Positions 56,883 to 64,000 of a DNA stretch of 64,000 nucleotides are shown here, piece by piece. How positions within the stretch are numbered: the first letter of the stretch is position 1; each line of letters starts with the position of its first letter. This DNA comes from the human T2T-CHM13v2.0 reference genome, Homo sapiens, in NCBI RefSeq assembly GCF_009914755.1, contig NC_060947.1. The stretch is one strand, 5' to 3'. The translations under genes were made by a program, and so were the position numbers. The notes under the pieces were generated by a model. The model made no database searches. It had not been told where the DNA came from and saw only the letters and a list, made by a program, of their open reading frames with translations.

Positions 56883-56920
<38 letters not shown>
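56745..56920. repeat. Compound microsatellite: (TG)n, (TATC)n, a unique insert, then (TG)n
   Basis: Perfect TG runs at about 56745-56790 and 56885-56918. Confidence 0.97.
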
Positions 56921-57203
56921 TGTGAGACCAAAAATTCCACTAGAATATAAACACCATGAAAGAAGAAGCTGTTCTAGCCCCAACACCTGCAACAGTGCCT
57001 GGGACCTGGTTAGCACTCAAGAAATGTTGTTAAATAAATCAAGGAATCAGAAAGACAAAGGGCTTGTGCAGGTTCTTTGAGCTACCAAGTTTGCTGAATG
57101 ATCGTATCTGTCAAAACATAGTGACAATGAGAATTTTGATGTCTATACTGCAGTGGTGTCATCTTAGATATTAAGGAAAGATACCAAACAATGATGTCCT
57201 TGA

Positions 57204-57204
57204 A

Positions 57205-57248
<44 letters not shown>
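57204..57248. repeat. (TG)n microsatellite
   Basis: Long perfect TG run. Confidence 0.97.
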
Positions 57249-57249
<1 letters not shown>

Positions 57250-58509
57250 CCTGTTTATGTATCTGTATCCATCTATGTCTGGATGTCTGGACTGATATCT
57301 TAAATATTTTCATTTCCATCATAATTTTCAATGTATTTTTGTTACGATGAGAGTTTACAATGTTAGTTGATAGAAAAATGATAAAAAGAGGTTCAAAATT
57401 AATCACAATATAATTGCTAGTTTTTTCTTTCTATGCATTTTGCTGATTTTAATATTGTTTGCTAGAATCTTGGAAGGTTAAATATTAAGTGTATGAAAAG
57501 ACATTTTAGTACTTAAATTGAAGACCTTAAGAATAACTTGAATATCGCTTCTTTCTTGAGAATTGCATTATTTACTTATTCAGCATCTTATGGAAAAGTA
57601 AAATGAATAGATACTATGTAACATCTTTCTGTTAATTGGTAAACTTCATATTTCTTATATTGTATTTCAACAACTAAATGTAAAAAAAGCACTCAAAATA
57701 TTTATAATTAAGAGTATGTAATATATAATCTCAATAAAATGCATATAAAAATTAACAGAACTCTAAGACTGCAATGAAGCATCAAACTTAAAATGTACTC
57801 AGTAATGGCAATAGGAAATTCAAATCAATTAATAAAAACCATTAAATGGGTGAAGGAATCAGTGTCAGCAAAACCAGAATTTACTCCATCTAGCCTTTAA
57901 GATTATTCTTCGTAGTATAATTGAAGTCTATTGATGTTTTCTGCTTAAATTTATAATAGACTATACTGAAAAAAAATCAGGAAAAAAATAATTTAAAACC
58001 CTAAACTTTTATTTTTGCCAGGGTTATTTTCCTTACTAGCTGCTGAAAAATGTTATTGCATCTTGAATTGTGCGTGTAGCAAGTTAGTTTCCTCAAGGGA
58101 ACAGAAGTAATGTATTGACTTATTGACTCAACAGAGGTGCCTTTAATTTCTGTGACACTCAGTTCTTAAACCACTTTATAGTTTCAGTCAGCCAAACTAT
58201 TCAATGGCATAAAAAGTTATTTTCCCAGTTAAAAGTGTTTCTGCTCTTTATCTTCATCTTGTAATGTAAAAACATTAAAAGGGAAAGAAATTAACTACTA
58301 TAATTCAATATTTGCAATTCTAGTTCATAAGACAAATAATTTCCATCTCCTCCCACAGGCTTTTGCTAAATGATGTCTTATGATATTTTAAAGGTTCTCA
58401 TAACATTCTATTTTATTTTTTGTAGCAAACTCACATTGTATTTTAAAAAATTTATGATTGACACATAATAATTGTACATATTTATAGGCTACAATGTTAT
58501 GTTTTGATA

Positions 58510-58741
58510 TAGGTTGAGGATACTAAATCTAAAAATCAGAAATTCAAAATGTTCCAAAATCTGAATCTTTTTGAGCACCAGTATGATGCTCAAAGGAAAT
58601 GCTCATTGGAACATTTCAGATTTTGGATTTGGGGATTTGGAATGCTCAACCAGTACAATGCAAATATTCCAAAATCTGAAAAACTCTGAAATCTGAAATA
58701 CTTCTGGTCCTAAGCATTTTAGATAAGGGATACTCAATCTG
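58510..58741. mobile_element. Tigger4a/MER46A MITE
   Basis: TIRs aggttgaggatac...gataagggatactcaatctg; atgatgctcaaaggaaatgctcattgg; TA on both sides. Confidence 0.88.
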
Positions 58742-59505
58742 TACATGTATACATTGTGTAATGATCAAATCAGGGTAATTGGCATATTCATCACTTTAAA
58801 CATTTATTATTTACTTTTAATGAGAACATTTGGAAACCTCTCTTCTACCTATTTTGAAATATATATTAACTCCAGCCTTCTACCATGCAATAGAACATCA
58901 GAACTTACTCCTCTTATCTAATTGTAGCTTTATACTTATTGATCGATGTCTTTCAATCCCTCAGCCCATCCACTCTCTCCATCTTCTGGTACCACTATTC
59001 TACTTTCTACTTTCATGAGAATGACTTTTTATACCCACATATGAGTGAGTTCATGCAGTATTTACCTTTTTTGTGTCTAGCTTATTTCCCTTAACCTAAG
59101 GTCTTCCAGGTCCATCCATATTGCCACAAATGACAGTATTTCATTCTTGTTAATGTCTTAATCCATTGATGGATATTTGGCAGAAAAATATTTGATAAAA
59201 TTCAACATTTCTTCACGATAAAAGCTCCTAAGAAATTAGGTATAGAAGGACTGTACTTCAACATAATAAAGGCCATGAATTACAAACCCACAGCTAACAT
59301 CACAATGAACTGGGAAAAGCTGAAAGCTTTCTTTTAAAATCTGAAACCAGACAAGAATGTCTTCTTTCACCGTTTTTATTGAATATAGTACTGGAAGTCC
59401 TAGCCAGAGTAATCAGGCAAGAGAGAGAAATAAAGGGCATCCAAACTGGAAAAAATAAAGTCAAATTGTCCCTGTTTGTTAATGACATCATATATATACA
59501 TATAT

Positions 59506-59942
59506 ACACACGTACGTGTACACATAAACCTATACGCACACACGTACGTGTACACATAAACCTATACGCACACACGTACGTGTACACATAAACCTATACG
59601 CACACACGTACGTGTACACATAAACCTATACGCACACACGTACGTGTACACATAAACCTATACGCACACACGTACGTGTACACATAAACCTATACGCACA
59701 CACGTACGTGTACACATAAACCTATACGCACACACGTACGTGTACACATAAACCTATACGCACACACGTACGTGTACACATAAACCTATACGCACACACG
59801 TACGTGTACATATAAACCTATACGCACACACGTACGTGTACATATAAACCTATACGCACACACGTACGTGTACATATAAACATGTGTACACACGTACGTG
59901 TACATATAAACATATGTGTACACGTACGTGTACATATAAACA
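59506..59942. repeat. 32-bp minisatellite, about 14 units
   Basis: Unit cacacacgtacgtgtacacataaacctatacg; taaac recurs every 32 bp from 59525 to 59877, then at 30-bp spacing. Confidence 0.98.
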
Positions 59943-59957
59943 TATATATACACATAC

Positions 59958-60064
59958 AAAAGGGAAAGAAATTAACTAGTATAATACAGTACTTGCAATT
60001 CTAATTTATAAGATGAATTATTTATAACTCCTCCCATAGGCTTTTTCTAGTGTCTTACAATATT
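59958..60064 (+). repeat. Dispersed direct copy of 58277-58387
   Basis: aaaagggaaagaaattaacta...ttgcaattcta...ctcctccca.aggctttt...tgtctta..atatt at both sites; about 85% identical by manual alignment. Confidence 0.95.
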
Positions 60065-61739
60065 ACGCATATATGTGTGTATATGTATGTATATAGATAT
60101 ACATATTATATATTACAGACACACATATACACACATCTGTAATATCATGACATTATTTAGAATATATATCTATAAACAAATATACATATATGTGCTTATA
60201 ATATAAATATATGTATATGTGCTTATAATATACATATATATATAAAACCCAAAGATTCTCCCAAAAAACATTAGAATAAAAGTAAGGTTGCAGGATACAA
60301 AATCAATACACAAAAATAAGTAGCACTTCTATATACCACTAGCAAATTATCTGGAAAAAAAATCAAGAAAGTAATCCCATTTACAAAAATATGAAAACAA
60401 TTAAAATACCTAGGAATACACTTAACAATGAAAGTTATAAAACATTGATGAAAGAAACTGAGGAAAACACACACAGAAAATAGAAAGATATCACATGTTC
60501 AGGAATTGAAATAACTAATATCGTTAAAATGATCAGGGCATCTAAAGTGAGATACAGATTCAGTGCAATCCTTATCAAAGTACCAATGACATTATTTACA
60601 GGAAGACAAAATGCAATCCTAAAATTTGTACGAAACCACAGAAGACCCTGGATAGCCAAAGCAAACTTGAGCAAAAAGAATAAAGCTGGTGGCATCACGC
60701 TACTTGAGTTCAAAACATACTACAAACCTAGAGTAAGCAAAACAGCATTGGACTGGCATAAAAATAGACACATAGACCAATGAAATAGAATAGAGAGCCA
60801 AGAAATAAATTCACACATCTATAGCTAACCGATTTTTGACAAGGTGCCAAGAACACACATTAAGGAAAGGACAGCCTCTTCAATAACAATGCTGAGAAAA
60901 CTGGATATCCACATGAGAAAGAATGATATTAGAGCTTTCTCTCTCACCATAAGCAAATATTATCTCAAAACAGATTAAAGACTTAAAATGTAACACCCGA
61001 AACTACTAGAAGAAAATATAGGGGAAAAGCTTCATGACAGTGGTCTAGACAAAGATTTTTTAGATAAAACCTCAAAAGCAAAGGTAATCAAAGCAAAAAT
61101 GGACAAATAGGATCACATCAGGTTAAACAGCTTCTGCACAACTAAGAAAACAATCAACAGAGCTTAAAAAGACAACCCACAGAATGGGAGAATATATTTG
61201 CAAACTATATACCTGATACGGGGTTAATAACCAAAATATATAAGGAACAAAAATAACTCAATATTTTTTTAAAAAACTGATTAAAAATGAACAAAAGATC
61301 TGAATAAACATTTCTCAGAAGAAGACATACAAATGGACAACAGATATGTGAAAAATGCTCAACATTCCTAATGATCAAGGAAATACAAATCAAAATTATA
61401 ATCAGATATAACCTCATTATCAGAATGGTTACTATCAAAAAATGAAAAAAATAACAAGTATTCACGAGATGTGGAGAAAAAGTAATCCTTACACACTGTT
61501 GGTGGGACTGTAAATTAATACAGCCATTATGAAAAACAATATGGAGGTTCCTCAAAGAATTAAAAATAAAACTACCATGCAATCCAGCAATCCCACTACT
61601 GGGCATATATCCAAAGGAAATGGAATCAGTATACCAAAAAGATACCTGCACTCCTGTTTATTATAGCATTAGTCACAATAGCCAAGGTATGGAACCAACT
61701 ACACTTTCTATGGTGAAAAGTACTTTTGGTATTTATTTG

Positions 61740-61865
61740 TTTAATATCTGTTTCCTTACAGGCTGTGAGAACTTAAATCATGCCTAGTTTTTAACACCCC
61801 AGGACCTAGCATAGTGCTTGGTACATAGTAAGTGCTCAAGAAATGTTTATTAAAATGAATGATGT
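61740..61865 (+). mobile_element. L2 3' end
   Basis: acctagcatagtgcttggtacatagtaagtgctcaagaaatgtttattaaaatgaatga. Confidence 0.8.
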
Positions 61866-62599
61866 TTGTGTCTTAAATTGTCCTAAGTATTCTTTAAAGA
61901 ACTTTTTTAAAAAATAAAAACACATATGAGACCTTGATAATAGTACTTAGAGTATTGTACATTTTCATATAATGACAAATGACAATCTTGCTGTACAGTT
62001 TGTATTGGAATTTACATTAAGAATATTAATATAAATCATGTAATATGAGAATATGCAAAAACTCTGTATCTTAGAGGTACTCTAATTAGGAGACAACACT
62101 GAGAAGTGATTACTTGGCACCTCAAATATCATCATTGAAATCTACATAAAAGAATTTATTAATTAAGCATAAGAGATACTGGAAATATTTTTCCACTGGT
62201 AAAATGCACCATGTTCAAAATAGGTAACTGATTATGCAAATTTGTACAAGTCCCATTGTCCTTGCGTGAACAAGGTATTAGAATCTAACAAGGCACTGTT
62301 GGACCATTTGTGCAGTGCTCAAGGTCTGCAGCCCCATTGTTTTCTAATCCTGCGTCAGAACACCATTGTGTCTGCCTTTCAGTGACTCTTTCACATAAGG
62401 TACCAGCTGAAAGGCCTAGGATGGAGAGGAGCACTCCTGACAGATTTGTAGGGGAGGGGATATAAAACCCCAACTCGCCTGTAACTACAGGACACTACCA
62501 ATATTTGCAAAAACAATCTTTCATTTGAGGAATGCCAACATTGTCTTATATCAGTACGCATCAACTCTTAAAATAAATTTCTGCTTATAAAAATTTTTC

Positions 62600-62940
<341 letters not shown>

Positions 62941-62949
62941 TCATCTTTA

Positions 62950-63280
<331 letters not shown>

Positions 63281-63389
63281 AAAAAGCAGTAATAATGGTG
63301 TGATTTGAAATAATATAAATAATAAAAGTAATATTTCTTAAACTACTTTCTTTTTCACAATATTTATACATCTGTTTTTCTTCATTTGA

Positions 63390-63515
63390 GACAACAATCC
63401 TGTGTGAACAATATAATGCTTTGTTATCCTCATTTTTGGTGAGATTAAGTGACATGACCCCCATTATTTAGCAGATAAAATTCAGATCCTACTTCCAGCC
63501 CAATGCGGTGCTCTT
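63390..63515 (-). mobile_element. MIR fragment
   Basis: acaacaatcctgtgtga...ttatcctcatttt...gagattaagtgacatgaccc. Confidence 0.55.
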
Positions 63516-64000
63516 TTGTTTTTATCTGTTAAAAAGTTTGCACAGCTAGTTTCCTGAACGACTGAGATCCTAAAATAGTCTCAATAGTTTCTGAGATAAA
63601 CACTTCATTCTTCTAGAAGTCAGGAGAGTTGAAAAAGGTCAAAATGTATGTTCCTGTAAAAGCTTAAATGAGAACCACTATTAACACTCAAAACTGCCAG
63701 GGGTTTGCTCTGAAACTAAATAATCCTTCTGCTTCTTATTCTGCTAAGTGCTTTATTAACTCTTCCAAAATTCTTTTCAAAAAATATTTTACAGTGAATG
63801 GAAATACTAAAGCAGAAAATAAAAGAGCAATAGCAGTTTTCTGGATTGGGAGTTGGTATATAATATAGTTAAAAACATTGCTTGGCTCTTTTAATAAAGT
63901 ATATTATTTAAATTATTGGCCAGCATAAAAGAAGATTCATTTTATAACATTTTCTTGTAAGCTAAGCTAATTTTATGGTAACATTACAGTAACATGTACT

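Larger units (their letters stand above)
58442..61700 (-). mobile_element. L1MA4/5-type element with 5' inversion: 3' end on the minus strand (58442-59179), inverted ORF2 block on the plus strand (59180-61700)
   Basis: Plus block ends ...gccaaggtatggaaccaact; the minus block starts at the next L1 position (sense caaatatccatcaatggat); ORF2 remnants [21 protein letters not shown] and [14 protein letters not shown]. Confidence 0.9.

Noticed and set aside
56700-57406. ORFs with CVCVCV or HTHTHT runs
   Set aside because: Translations of (TG)n microsatellites.
59506-59942. Regular 32-bp palindromic repeats superficially resembling a CRISPR array
   Set aside because: Units are head-to-tail with no unique spacers, there are no cas genes, and the context is primate; it is a minisatellite.

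Overview
This is primate genomic DNA (AluY and L1PA3/4-type tails point to human or another ape). It is AT-rich and dominated by layered transposable-element fossils: L1, L2, MIR, Alu, ERV1/ERVL/MaLR LTRs and DNA-transposon MITEs. I found no convincing host protein-coding exon or RNA gene; the supplied ORFs are TE-derived or chance ORFs. Repeat subfamily names come from my recall of consensus sequences and need RepeatMasker/Dfam confirmation. Boundaries without a quoted target-site duplication (TSD) are approximate. The most notable structures are: (1) two short copies of other parts of this window embedded in dinucleotide microsatellites (59958-60064 matches 58277-58387; 56823-56878 matches 1281-1334); (2) a near-homogeneous, CpG-rich 32-bp minisatellite with a CACGTACGTG palindrome in every unit; (3) a complete MLT1A provirus with a 5-bp TSD that hosts a 63-bp collapsed LTR, an ERV1 LTR with an AluY, and an mRNA 3'UTR-like retrocopy interrupted by THE1; (4) two twin-primed (5'-inverted) L1s and a back-to-back pair of L1MA tails. 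I cannot support a new gene system here. The best novel-mechanism candidate is sequence capture at microsatellites.
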